A stretch of DNA of 61,549 bases, counting the filler, from Choristocarpus tenellus KU-1152 (Eukaryota; Protista; Phaeophyceae): the NCBI GenBank assembly GCA_964200185.2. It is 13 parts of 13 records of this genome, joined end to end, with 100 filler letters (N's around TTAATTAATTAA, not from the genome) between each part and the next. Parts side by side here need not be neighbours in the genome. Positions count along the whole stretch, not along the records: positions 48,191 to 53,832 come from CAXNAD020010154.1; positions 53,933 to 61,549 come from CAXNAD020005868.1; 11 more parts are not named here. One strand, written 5' to 3'. The notes below the pieces were generated by a model. The model was given only the letters and a program-made list of their open reading frames with translations, had not been told where the DNA came from and ran no database searches. This document shows, in pieces, positions 48,644-61,549 of this stretch (positions within the stretch are counted from its first letter, which is position 1; the number at the start of each line of letters is the position of its first letter). A program made the translations under genes and the position numbers.

Positions 48644-50657
48644 ATGAGCACCTCTCAGCTATTCTGCTTGTGCCTAGCCTGCATCGCTCTAGTGTGCAAT
48701 GGATTTATGACGAGAACATTGCCTATATCTCTGATATGCCGAGGTACAGCCCGTCCCCGAATGACACAAGGGTTATCCATGATTGAGGAAGTCAGCCCTC
48801 AGTTCGCCCACAAATTTGTGCAGGAAGGCTTCGCTTACATAGATGGTGAGCCTTTCCCCAAGGATTTTGATTTCCTTTGTCAAGATCGTGGGTTTGCGCA
48901 ATTACGTCGGAAATCATGATGGAATGAGAGTGGTATGCGACCAATCTCGAGGGTTTGAGTGTACCATTTTTTGTAGGGGGAGCAGCGAGTAGTTCTACAG
49001 GTACATCACATCAAGAGCATCTATAACCTGCGGTCGTTGCCATCAGAAACAACATTCCGGGAATCGATCGCCAGCCTTGTCAATGGAATTCACCTCACCT
49101 AGCTACCAACCGTCAGCGCCTTCATTCAAGTTGCCGATACAGATGTGACCACCTACTTTATCAACCAATAGCGGAATCCCCACGAATCCCTCCCAAAAAA
49201 GAAACACAAAGTTTTATCGGGCACATTGCGATACTACCACTAATCTTAGGTTGAGATTAATGTGTTGTTCTGGACCAGAAAGCCAAATCTGCATGTCTGC
49301 AACATGCCTGGACCCCTCAAAGGAGCTGAATCCGGTTAGATGATAATTTCCAAGGTCTTGATCCTAGCATGGATGGCATGTAGGATGTTGCGACGGATTT
49401 GCGTGATAGCGTTGATACTGTGAACTTGAGTCCCGTTTTTGTATTGTAAAAACGTGGGAGCTGTGAATACGTACATTTCTCAAGGGTCAGCACGGACTAA
49501 CCTGATTCTCCATTCACCCCCCTTTCCAGTACGTACGGAGGAGGAGTGTGCGAATGGTCATCCCTCCGGATCAGTTTGTGTGCCGGCATTCTGGCACACA
49601 GGCATGGGCATGAAGGCCAACCCTGATTTCGTCAAACAGGTAGCTCAACATAATCCTTGCCCTTCAGGGAAGAGTTGATCTGTTGCAGATTTGGAGAGGT
49701 GAAAACCAAGTCAATGGTACCACAATTAATCTCTCTTTCCTTGATTCACACTATCGCCCTCGTTCGGATCCAAATAGTGCTGCAAGTAAACACAGGTTGA
49801 GTCACCACCCTCCATTGGTATAGTAGTTGATTACTGTTCGTTACACATCAATACGATTTACACAAGGATTGCAACCACTAGTCTTCTGGTGTTGCTATCT
49901 GTGCCTAATCAATAAGCTGAGAGTGAACAACAAAAATCTTAGAAGGTGCCACTTTTCACCTCGCCAATGTTAATAACTCAATGTGTAGGTCTCTTGTAGG
50001 TCTCTTGTAGCTCTGGACGCTGCCAGGGTAAGTATTTGGTTCCCAGGACAGGCAGTTGCACCTCCTCATTCATGTTTTGTGAAACATGCAGTCCTGGGCC
50101 ATTGTTTTTAAGTGCAAGCACAATGTCAGAGTTGCAACAACTCTTGTCTGTACAAAAATATCGAATGCATTGATCCTACAGTATGTGTGGTTTGCAATCT
50201 TTGAGTGGTACAAAGGCATTGGATTTGGAGATATTGATGGTAGGATCCTGGAACTCCAAGAAGTGTGCAAGTGCACAGAGTAGTCTTTAGTCGGAATCCA
50301 TAATGTTTATTCTGTTGTGCAATTTTTACCACCTCCAAAGAGTTTGTGGTCAAGGTCACATCCTCTTCTATTTGCACTAAGTGTTACAATTTCTGAAAAT
50401 AAGATCTCACAACCGTGGGTATCCTTCCACATCTTACAATTCCAAACACGTTGCAACACTTATCTTGTATTGTATGGCTTCAGGTGGAAGGTAAATTCCC
50501 AGAGAAAGACACCAGGCTTGTAATAGGGTGCCAAATGGGGTCAAGATCTGCCGCAGCTTGTGAGTGGCTTGAGGAATCTGGGTACACTACTGTATTCAAC
50601 GTTGTTGGGGGATACAGCTCCTGGGCACGTGATGAAAGCCTTCCTGTGGAACGTTGA
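48644..50657 (+). CDS. Single-domain rhodanese/sulfurtransferase, probably plastid-targeted (complete, 3 exons)
   Basis: Exons 48644-48845, 49530-49639 and 50484-50657. Motifs YIDVRTEEE..NGHPSGS, active loop CQMGSRS, and GY..VFNVVGGYSSW. Signal peptide ends CNG-F. Confidence 0.92.
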
Positions 50658-50795
50658 AAGAGATCATAAATAGAATTGGAAGGTAGATTGTATTCCTCGT
50701 CCTCTACTATGATGTGGCACCATAGATATAATGGAGATCATTTGACTTTGTACAGCTTTGGCAGATGTTCTAATGTAATGCCATTGCCTTGATAT

Positions 50796-52775
50796 CTACC
50801 TTGATGGTTTATGTAACCGACGCATCATCAATACCCTAATGGACTCGGAGCCAGGCTCCTCTGTCGAAGTTCTTGGCAGAACCTTGGTTGCTGTAAGGCT
50901 CGTAGGAATGTGAAGTATCTCAAATTCTCCTTCACACTTGTCAAGAAACAGCTTTTCTCGCTGAGGCCACCTGAGGAACAATGGATGAGCCATGCATCTG
51001 TCTATATACCAAGAAAATATTGCAGGCTGTGGGTATGTGAAGTGTGCGCATGTCAGCAAATATGACCAATTCTTAAAACTGTCTATACTTATTGATGCTT
51101 ATGCTGGCTAGATGAAGGAGTTGGAATTATTTTCACGTCAAAACAAGAATTATGCATTGAACAGACAGCAACACCACCTGAGAACCACTTTCTAGCACCC
51201 ACTTCATTTTGGTGATCACAGCAACGTTATACATAAGCTAGTACACAAAAAACAGATGTTGGTCTTTTGAATCAGAAAACGCTGAAAATATAAAACATCA
51301 TACTGAAGTAAGATTTCTCTGTGGTTGTAGGTGGTTGTATGCGGTAAGGATTGGTACATTTCACTGTTTCCTACTTAGTCTGTTCTGCGTCATTTCAAAC
51401 ACTTTGTGGAATGCCATTAAATACTGCATCGGGAAGGCATTTCTTGCAGCTTTTCAGTGAGTGGTGCAGAATAGCTCATAGACAGGTAGGAATTTGCTGA
51501 GATTTTGGTGTAACCTCATGATGGGTTTTGCAAGAACAAGAAATTAAGAAAATCTGATACCATCTCCTGGGTTTATCGGCTATCCTGCAAACTGCCTGAA
51601 CTGATGCTGACTAGAGGAAGTCTGATGTTAGAAAGTGTGAAACAACAATTTCTCCATTTTGAATTCAGCCAGGAATTCAACTTACACCATTATTGTTCTA
51701 CCCCATTGTTCAAGGGGTTCCCTTGATATAGATACAGATACTACTTGCGCACTGGCCGATTATCACTTGTGACCCCAACTTCCCTGTTTGACAACCCACT
51801 CGTGATTGTGATTTCCACCAGGATTCTCTGCTTGCATGAATACGCTCCAATCTTAGCAGTCCCAACATATCACACACCCTTGGCCAACTCGATCCCACCC
51901 CAACCTCCAATCCATCCACTGGTCAATAAGTACCAGTGCAATTCCGAACTCCGTCCTCTCTCACCTTGAATGGAACAAAACTTGCGAGGTCCATCAATCA
52001 AAAAACAAGAAAAGAAGGCATCGTGACTTCAGCATGCCAAGCATTGCACCATTGGCCTCACCTCTCCTTGTAAGCCAGCATCACACGGGTACCGCATCTT
52101 GAGAGGTCCACAAGTGTTGTCGCCAACGGCTCTAGGGTGTCCTCCTGGAGCAGGTCCAGCGCAGGCCAGTAGAGCACCTCACTCATGACTATCACATCAA
52201 ATGGAGGATTCAGGTGACTCACATCTCCTCCCCAACGAAGAACATCGACCTCTACAGAGTATTCTGCACCATTTGCTTTTGCAGTGCCCTGGATACGACC
52301 CAAGTGGCAGGGCAGGTCCGTGCAGACGACTTCAACTGCTCCAGCTCTAACCATACCAACACCGAGAGCTCCTGTGCCAGCACCTAGCTCGATGACACGC
52401 TGTAACGTGTGAAAGGCGTAGCAAAGTAGCAACAGAGAGCAGCCTTTCCATGGACCACCAGTACATTAGAGTTGTGTGTTTCCGTGATTGTAGAGTTCGT
52501 AGCGGATAAGATCGTGAAACAGGTTAAGCTCGCAAGACGGGGTGTAGGACTGATTTGGGAAATCTCGCACCAACCTGCGCAGTAACTGAGCAGGGATTAT
52601 CAGTTTCTGGTGCCGCAATTATGTTGTAGAGAACCTGAGTGGCGTCCCATAGTGTTTTCCCGGTTGGCTCGTCTTCCTCTGGGTCAGAACACAATGAACT
52701 ACCACAACCGTTGGAGACAACAATGGGATCTAACCCCCAACATGACACCAACTTCATGCTCGTTCCAGGTTTCAT
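50796..52775 (-). CDS. SAM-dependent protein methyltransferase, family 16 (METTL21-like) (complete, 3 exons)
   Basis: Exons 52775-52575, 52399-52062 and 50970-50796, phase-consistent. Motifs TGKTLWDA, RVIELGAGTG, VVCTDL, LRWG, FDVIVMSEVLY and AYKER. Confidence 0.92.
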
Positions 52776-55054
52776 TACGATATCACCACTATTACCACTA
52801 TTAAACTGACCGTCCCACTATTGTGATGCAAAATGCATCAAGACTGAATGAAGGGGAAACATAAACACAAACACAAGATTTCAATATTTCTTGGACGATT
52901 ATGAAGTGTTGTATTTGTTAAAATAGTAATAGGGGTAGTCGTAGTAATAACGTACGGACTACAAAACCTTCAAATATTTTGATAATAGATTGAACTGTGG
53001 GTGCAATGCATGCGGCGAAACCCTTTGAAACCCTTTGAACTCTTCCCACAAATTGGAACGGAACCTATTACCTTGTTCTTCTATGCATACCCACTCAAGA
53101 TGGATAATGTATTGATGTGGGCTTGGTTCCACCAAGCTATTCTCTGCCTCTTGTACTCTGTGTTCCTCCCCCACCATGCCTAGAACTTACAAATCCACCT
53201 TCCTACCTTCAAATATAATCATCACGCCCATCCAATCTCTGGAATCCCGTAATGATTTTGGTTGTAAAGTCCAGACATGTACCCAGGACTTGGTTCCAAC
53301 TAAACCCTGTGGGCTCCTTGTTCTCACCCTCAGTCAGGATATTGGTCAAGACTCCTCCTCCCTATTATACGAAAAAAACACTTCTTGAAATCAGGTGACC
53401 TTGTGCTTGAGTACTGGCATGTGCAGCATTTTTCGGTTCCACCTACCTGATCAGGGTTGGCTTTGAAGGGACTGCAGGCTTGCACTGCTTTCTCTACGGC
53501 TCCACCCATGCATCACACATAATAATAGGGACAATTAGAGATGCTATCACACATGTATGTGTCACCCTTAAGAGTCTTCTGTCGTTCCATGACGGGCTCA
53601 AGTATAATTTTTTTAATAGACCCCATCAGCAGAAGGTTGAGTATACCAAAAGAACAAATTAATAGAGGCAAGATGGGAGATGGGAAGGAAAGGTCAAAGA
53701 TTAGATCACAGGTACAAAACAGAGAAGTAACCAAAATTTAACAAATGATATATAGTTAACAGTCTCTCACCAAAATTGAGGATGGAGCATACTATGGAGG
53801 ATGGGTTTGACCCAAAATGGTGCGCGGAAAGTNNNNNNNNNNNNNNNNNNNNNNNNNNNNNNNNNNNNNNNNNNNNTTAATTAATTAANNNNNNNNNNNN
53901 NNNNNNNNNNNNNNNNNNNNNNNNNNNNNNNNTTTTGGTGGTTTGGTTGCTTTATTCACAAGGATAATGTAAAGGAACATTTCCTGGTTAGGGCTGGAAA
54001 GACACAGTTGTGTAGACCCCCCCCCCCCCCCAGATACTTTGAGCCTGTGAGGATGACCAACACAGAGGACATCAGGTGGACACCACAATGGAGGTGTTGG
54101 ATGCGTACCCCCGAGAGACACTACAGCGTGTTCGCCAGGGCCTTTTTCGAAATAAATTGTTTAGTCTTGGGGTCCAAGGGTGACAATGTCTTCAAAATTC
54201 TCCATTAGAGCAAGAAAAGGCTGAGAATATGGGCAAGCTGCCCCCAAAGGCCCTGGTAGATGAGGCGAAAGACCGTGCCGGAGTGGAGTTTACGAGGGCT
54301 TCGGGGGCAGAATATTAGATAAGTGTACAGAGTCCCATTTTGCTTGAGATTCTGGTGGACAACCTCTTAGTGTCTGCGCAATAGATCCATAAAATATGAA
54401 CATGTGAAACATTCTTTGTCATTGTGGCTGCAAATTATCTTGCACTAAGTTTCTGAACAGAGGAATCATATATTTTTCTAGACCAATGAGATGGCCTACA
54501 TCATACGTTGAGTTGATAGGAATTGTTTACCTGGGAACATTCCTAACCATATTCTTCCTTGTAATTATTGTGTAAATGGTTCATCCAAGGAGAAGTAACT
54601 ATGTGAATCTACTCATAAACACAAACAAGATAGGTGTGACACTCTTAGCTGAGCATGAATGTTCTTTTGCGGAGTTATGAGCAATCAGTTAGCTGTCTAA
54701 TAAGATGAAACTTTGATGAAAGCGGGCCAGTTAATTGCAACAAAAAATTCGAACCTGAGTATTCTTGTACATACAAAGCATGCGGCAAACAACATGTTGT
54801 TCTGTGCTGTGAGGTAAATAAGCCTCCTGATTGGTTTGAGGCCCTGTTGGCATAAAAAACGTTCAAGGATCACACTAATATTTTAATATCTTGATTCATT
54901 TTGATGTGTCAGATTCAGTGTACTGTTGTTAGTTTCAACATACTGCATCATACCGAAATATCAGTACTTCACGAGGTCCCAGAATACGGAAATTCAAGAG
55001 GAGGATAAGTTGCGGGGAAGTGGGGGATGAGGTTGTTATCAAGGAGAAACAAAA

Positions 55055-55310
55055 GAATCAAAGTATCTTAGAGGGTAGAGCCTCATCATCCGTTTGGGGG
55101 CCAAATCCAATGTTTTGATTTTGATGTGATTTTGGCTATCGTGTTTATTAGGATGCGTCAATATCCTTGTTCCAGACATACCTTTGCATAACGTATTGTT
55201 TTACCTACTCACATTTTGGGGTCGGAAAATGTCATAAAAAAACTCGCGGGAAGTCAAGCCCCAAATGGACAAGCAGGGCGAAACTCATACCCTGTAAGAT
55301 ACTTTCACTC
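55055..55310 (-). mobile_element. MITE family A copy
   Basis: GAATCAAAGTATCTTAGAGGGTA...TACCCTGTAAGATACTTTCACTC; flanks AAAA/AAAG. Confidence 0.9.
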
Positions 55311-57179
55311 AAAGGAACGGATCAATTAACTATTCATGCTGTACTGTGTTGGTACATAGCATTGAGGGACCATGGAGACTAAGGTTAGCAACACAGAAAG
55401 GGACTTGCAATATACAATCCACTCAACCGAACCACAAAAGTCTAGATATTACGACTGAACTTGGTTGGAAGAAATGCTTACTACATGCATGGCACTGAAA
55501 GCAGTAAATATTAGTTATAGGGGGGAACGGTAGCATGCCTTACATAAATGTTTGCACCTAAATATTTCTGCCTCAATAGGACAGTGTTGTCTCACCATGA
55601 TGAAAAATCAGAGGCTGGGGTGCTAAGCAGCAAAATTGGTGGGCTAAGATATCAACCCACTATTCCCTGCCTTCTCCGCAAGTGACCATCTAAATATGAT
55701 ATTTCCTTTTAAGTCCCATCTGCTAGACAAAATCCACTCAATATTTCCGCCCCCCAAATAGGGAATTGAGAAAATGGGAGGATATGCTAGGGTCTGAACC
55801 CAAAAGGCTCTCATTTTTTTCACTGGACTACCTCAGTATCTCAACCTACTGAAGAAGACAATGCTAGGTTTTGCATAGCTATGGGAGGGATACAACATAA
55901 CGCTTGGACAAAGGAACTAACCAACAACAGAGGAGTAAGCTTTTCCCAGGGTCTGAAACCCACGTTTTCGTATGGAGGCCCTGTGATGATGTATCACACA
56001 CCTAGAGAGTGTGTGAGATGTTGTTATCCAATAATGTTTTTGTAACAAGCGCATGAAATGCCTGCCTTCATTTTTAAATACTAGGCTCAATGTATTGTTC
56101 TGGGCACAAATGAATCAAGTCAACCTTCCAACTTCTCTCTATATATCATTTCAAGTGAATGGTGGGATACGATCGAATATCAGTGGTGCCAAATTCACAT
56201 CTCTATAAACTTTGCTCTTTTCCACCCATACTGCACGTTCAAGGTTTACCTTTTCCAAAGAAAATAGAGTCCAACCACTATTCCAGAAGGGATAGGTACT
56301 GATATATTCCAGAGTTTCTTAAAGGGGCAGAAGCAAACAAGCACAAGCAGGCACAAATGAATTGATGGGACATAGAAGGAGAGCAGTGATAGCTGCTGAT
56401 ACTTATTGTTTCATATCATGCTATGATTACACACCTTGGACAAGGTTAAACTTCAATAGCCGAACTTGTCCATTTAGTGTTCTATGGCACATAGCATTTC
56501 ATGGAAAGCAGACTTGAAAAAAAGTGCATAAAACGGGCTCCAAGCTTTGCCCTCGACACTACCTGATACTTGGCAAACGGTCCCAAGTGATGATCTGACG
56601 AACGAGTATATCGACCAGATGAAACCTGAGTGTTGTACTAGACATTTGATGGCATGGAGAATTGTCATATTCAACATCTGTCATTAATCTACATGGGTGC
56701 CGAGTGTCACTAACCCTGTGCAATGTGGTGGAACTGAGCGGGTGACAAGTAAGCCAAAGTGAATGAGAGGTACCCAGGTTTGGTCATTTTGCATATTCAG
56801 CAATATCTTAATATTTGCACCTCGCCCATATCTCTATAGATAAAGTGCTAAGTTTGACTTGGGAGCATTGGTTTCTTACTTTATTGAAAATTATTGTCAG
56901 GATAAAGAAAGTCCCTAGATATTTTTATTTGAATAAAAGATGAATGTTGCACATTTGTCAGCATCCTTGAAATGCAACCCCGGTTACCTTTCATTTCTTT
57001 GGCTTAAGTCCTCTCCTGAACAACGTTTGCTGGCCGATAGTATCCTAGAGAGGGGGGGGACAGCCCAGGCCATCCACTCGGGGCTTGATGGAGTTTTGTA
57101 AAACACCCTAGTTTGACGCCTGTTTTAGGGGTGATTTTCCTTCATATTTTTTCCAAGCAGGGAAATGGAAATGGAAGGG

Positions 57180-57359
57180 GACCCAAACTATCTTTGGGGG
57201 GGGGGGGGGGGGGAAACCGGGGGGGGCATTAGGGCCATAACCAGGAAAAGTGCACTTACATTATCCATCTAACGTATGCGACCAAGTCACCCAAGAATTG
57301 CGAAATGAAAAATTGGACCCAAGTGGACAGCCGCCACCTCCTCCAAGATACCTTGAGGC
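57180..57359 (+). mobile_element. MITE family B, apparently complete copy with poly-G just inside the left TIR
   Basis: GACCCAAACTATCTTT(G)n...AACCAGGAAAAGTGCACTTACATTATCC...CCAAGATACCTTGAGGC; flanks AGGG/AGGT. The interior is shared with truncated copies at 39000 and 54045(-). Confidence 0.65.
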
Positions 57360-57485
57360 AGGTGCGTCCAGATGAAGGAAATTGCCCTTACATCTGACAC
57401 GTTCACTCAAATGATATGAAAACCATTACAGGGTCACAAATGTCTCGAATGGACACCTGTCTCCCCTCTTGGATACTATGGGCCT

Positions 57486-57743
57486 GAGTGAAAGTATCTT
57501 AGAGGGTACAAGGTTTGCTCTGTTTGTCCGTTTGGGGCTTGGCTTCTCACGGATGTATTATGACTTTTTCCTACTCCGAAATGTTTAGGAGTAGGCAAAA
57601 TGTATATGTTATGTAAAGTTGTGTCCGGAAAAAGGATATAGACACCTCCTAACAAACACGATAGTCAAAATTACATCAAAATCGGAACATTACATTTTGG
57701 ACCCCAAATGGACGCGACTCTACCCTCTAAGATATTTTGACTC
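57486..57743 (+). mobile_element. MITE family A copy
   Basis: GAGTGAAAGTATCTTAGAGGGTA...TACCCTCTAAGATATTTTGACTC; TSD GCCT/GCCT. Confidence 0.93.
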
Positions 57744-58860
57744 GCCTGCTACAATGAAAATAAGCTTGAGGTTTGCCCTGGACAGTAGACGGCATATAGA
57801 CAATGAGGTATGAGTATTTATACTGGCTAAGGGACACTGTGGAACTAATTTTTTCCAGGAATTGTTGGACAGTATAATCAAATGACCTCTGAGCATTATT
57901 GTACACACTAGACAATACAAGGACAATTTCAAGGTTACCAAGTGTCATGGCATGATGCCTTGATTGTTAAAGCAGAGTGTCTGTATCGTACTCTATGAAA
58001 ATAAATGTAAAGGATGCGACATTGCACAAAGCTTGCATCAATGAGGCTTGACATTGAATATTGTGATTGCTGATTTAAAGGGAGAAAAAAAAAAAACACG
58101 CGTGAAGAAAAAAAAACTAGCAATAGATACAGAAAATACAGAGTAAAGCACTCCAGAAGAGTTGAACCAGAACTTTAGGTTGTGAATGATAACGTCCACT
58201 ACCTTTGAAGAAATGGGCAACAAACATGGTTATGGGCAACAGAGATGTCATGGGCCAAATGAACTCCAAGGCTTGTCCTGAACAATGAATGTTATAGGGT
58301 GAATTTGACCCAGCATTGTCTTGGACGATCAACAATATAGAGTAAATTTTTACCTATTATTCAAAGCGACTCTAGCACTAAGCACTATATTCTCAGAGAC
58401 GTGCAAGATTTGATTGACTCTCGCTCAGGGTAGATCCCTTGTGGAGATGGTGTGTGAAAGTTTTTAATTGTAGGAGGTAGATTTTCCTGTAAGACATGTT
58501 AGCTCAAAACAATATATTTGCCCTGGAACCTCCTTCATTTACTCTATCTGGAAATTTTTTGATTTTGTTTGAGTATAAATTAAAGCCAGTATTTTAAGGA
58601 GCACCTAGTCCTCAGCGTCATCCTATTTCTCTTTTGATATTTTTCTTCTACTCATTTTATCAATTCCCTGTTCCGATCAACTTAGTCCTCCTTAATCAAA
58701 TCTGTCCTGGAGGTTTTCCTAACCCCCTTCCCCCTCTTGTTGTACTACACCTGAAACCTGATTGTACACCTTGCAACCCTCACCATGATTACCCGTGACT
58801 GGAATATTGTCGTGATATAATGGCCCTCACAATACAAAACGCATTCTGCAAGAAAGAGCT

Positions 58861-59454
58861 GTGAAGTTGCCCCTCCTGAACGACCTTCTCGACCTCATCA
58901 ATGTGGAGGCTGCCATCCATGCCCATGAAACACCTTCCATCCAAGGCCATCAGTACCAACAGCGAGGTAAAAATACCATGAGACAGTGGAGCAATAGCAG
59001 ATCTTGTAACACTGCGCCAACTCCTCCTCCTAAACTTGAGACAATCCAAAGATTCGGAGAGGATCGGGTTTGTGTGCGAGGGAACGGTGAGGAGGAGGAT
59101 CAACAGGTTCCATTCCACAATGCATTGAAGAAGATAGAGACAACAGTCACGGACATGGGTGATAATGGTGTCAGACGGGTAGCAAGTAAGATGATGCGCT
59201 CAGCAGATACCACAGTAGATCCAGGGTCAGGTGTGATGGCTGGGTTGGAGACAAGGGAAGATGTAGTTTCCTGTCCAGACGCATTGTCTAGAGGGGAACA
59301 AGAAGCTGGAGGAGCAAGGGTGAAAGGACAGGCGTTGGGGGGGAGCAGTGTGACAAACGGCTTTGAACAGATATTCCCATTCAATGAGGCTAGCAGGAGC
59401 CATGCTGTGAAGCTCAGCAAGCATGCTGCTGCAGGGAGTGCCGAAGATTCTAAG
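58861..59454 (+). CDS. Candidate large exon of an unknown low-complexity protein
   Basis: Lies within a 240-codon open frame with coding-like composition and a plausible donor AAG|gtgcgt at ~59455. The 5' boundary is uncertain and no family is recognised. Confidence 0.45.
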
Positions 59455-59663
59455 GTGCGTAGGGATTGGCAGGAGTATCAAGAAAAAAAATATGCCATGG
59501 GGGTTGTGGACTTTAGGTGTATAGTTCATTGGTTCTTTGTTGCATCCACTGCCCAATCATCGAACATATCATATCTGAATTAGGGTAATATATTTTTTGC
59601 ATTTAAGATGAAACCTATCCTCACCTTTATCTTGCTCACAAGAAACTTGTGCTCATAGCACAT

Positions 59664-59929
59664 GAGTCAAAGTATCTTAGATGGTTAGATACGCGCCCGT
59701 TTGAGGGTAAAATTCCAATTTTTGTGATATTGATGTAATTATGGCTATCATGTTTGTTAGGAAGTGTCAATATCCTTGTTTGGGACACACCGTTTCATAA
59801 TGTATACATATTACCTAATCCGAAATATTTCGGGGTAGGAAAATGTCACAAAAAACCTGTGGGAAGCCAAGCCCCAAATGGAAAAACAGGACGAAACTCG
59901 TACCCTCTCTTAATAAGATACTTTGGATC
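59664..59929 (-). mobile_element. MITE family A copy
   Basis: GAGTCAAAGTATCTTAGA...AAGATACTTTGGATC; flanks ACAT/ATAT. Confidence 0.88.
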
Positions 59930-61089
59930 ATATAGCGACTCCTGGATGGATGACACCACATCAATGGCATGAGGTATCTTAGTAACTGGTGAGAGTTTTT
60001 CACCCTTTCCTGCCTTACTTATTGATGGTGTAATGCTTGACATGTTTTAAGGGTTAGGGTTGGGGTCTGAGACACGCCGAATACAATTAATGGAGTGGAT
60101 AGGATCTGTACATAGCTGACAGGAGTACCCCAATATAATGTAAGTCCAAAAGCAATATAATTTTCATATATGCTACCATTCCATGTAAATCGAAATCTAG
60201 AGTCTACATCCCACTCAGCATGGCACCTGACCAACAATAACCTTCATACATGTTCTGATGATGCCATGTGTATGAGATACAAGCCTCTAGCATCCTTTGT
60301 GCTCACAGTTGCCAATCAGACTTTGGCTATTAATATAGCAAGTGTTATCTCTTATGTTCTCATGATCGGAAGTTTGCTATAGGCCTTGCTATGTTTTGTT
60401 TTTTTTACAAAAACAAGAAGTCTAATGGATTCTTCTGTAAGGAAGGCTTAATGTAGCCATCTCACATGCTTGTGGGCTCAGTTTTTTTTTAAGGTTTCTT
60501 CTGATATCAGTTGAACCTATGAATAGCTTCACTCCTATCCATAACTCGACCTATCTACACAAGAAGCTCTCGGGGTGCAATATAATGATCTATCATAGAT
60601 GAACTCCCCATCATAGCTGGGAGGAGGGTGGGCATGGGTGAACTAATGCCTCTTGCTGTCTCAGTCCCTAATGAAGAGGGACATGTGTGCCGGATCTTGA
60701 TGTATGCTACAATTTCTATATATGCCTAAAAATGTTCTGCAACGGTCCAGATATTTGTCCACCAATTACTGCCCTGGCAAGGTGTGAGACAACTACTTTG
60801 CAGTGCACCTATCTTGGTTACGTTGAATATACATAACAACCCCTCCCTGAAAATATCTCCAGGAACTGGTACATGCTATATGCACAATGCAGATTAGTAG
60901 GGTGCAATCCGATTAATGCAAAACAAAGTAACACATTCAATCACACAAATGGATTCATCCTCAAGACCTTGCTGTTATAAGTCTCCAATCTATGTCTGAG
61001 GATACATCAATATGCATCAATACTCTTTGCTATCGGTCGTGTACCTCCCCAGCAACCCAACACATATTATGCAGTAGAGAAAAATAATT

Positions 61090-61316
61090 TAAGAGTGTAG
61101 GGCTGTGTCTAAAATCCAATGTTGCGATATTGATGTAATTTGGGTTATTGTGTCTGGTAGCAAGTGTCGATATCATTGGTCTGGACACATTTCATAGTCG
61201 TATACATTTTTTCTACTCTGAATGTTTTGAAAACCGAAAAGGGGCATAAAAAACTGGTGGGAAGCCAAGTTCCTAACGGACAAAAAAAAACTCCTACACT
61301 CTCAAATGCTTTCGAT
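61090..61316 (-). mobile_element. MITE family A, old degenerate copy
   Basis: Interior blocks AAAATCCAATGTTGCGAT.TTGATGTAATT, AAGTGTC.ATATC and GTGGGAAGCCAAG are recognisable; the TIRs are eroded. Confidence 0.7.
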
Positions 61317-61549
61317 GAGTAAATGGTAATAGATGCTGTAGCCTTCACCATCAGTAATTCTTGGTCTTTTTCTTCTTTCTCATCATATTTTGCACACAGA
61401 CTCAAAGTATCTGGGGGGGGGGGGCCGGTAACGGTTTTGGTATTCTTATAATGATACGTATGGTACATTACAGATGGTATTATACGGTATATACGTATAA
61501 TACCAAATCCCCTGTTTAAGGTATAAGGACAGGCGGGCCCCCCCACGGG

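Noticed and set aside
13480-50657. Apparent cluster of plastid-related genes (EF-G, hydrolase, rhodanese, unknown membrane protein)
   Set aside because: Each lies on a different contig joined artificially, so there is no evidence of linkage.
52998-53150. Possible LINE C-terminal relic (WVQCMRRNPLKPF...)
   Set aside because: The resemblance is vague and there is no RT or endonuclease core nearby.

Overview
This is eukaryotic nuclear DNA made of 13 short contigs joined by identical artificial 100-bp spacers (44 N + TTAATTAATTAA + 44 N), so linkage holds only within a contig. GT-AG introns, bipartite signal+Phe plastid presequences and interstitial TTAGGG runs suggest a photosynthetic stramenopile, probably a brown alga or relative (inference). 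Host genes reconstructed with phase-consistent splicing: a RUN-domain protein, the 3' end of plastid EF-G, the 3' end of a pheophytinase-like alpha/beta hydrolase, a complete rhodanese, a complete family-16 methyltransferase, and single exons of an M16A insulinase, a PLAC8-like protein and several unknown proteins. Mobile DNA includes a decayed Ty3/Gypsy element with its 3' LTR and three non-autonomous TIR families with 4-bp target duplications (Sola-like). The most notable locus is contig 2 (2905-7689). There a decayed, intron-containing Sola/DUF7869-type transposase sits head-to-head with a frameshifted ParB/Srx-fold gene, and the spacer between them holds three ~175-bp tandem repeats and a perfect 32-bp palindrome. 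All family assignments are by-eye motif recognition; no database search was run.
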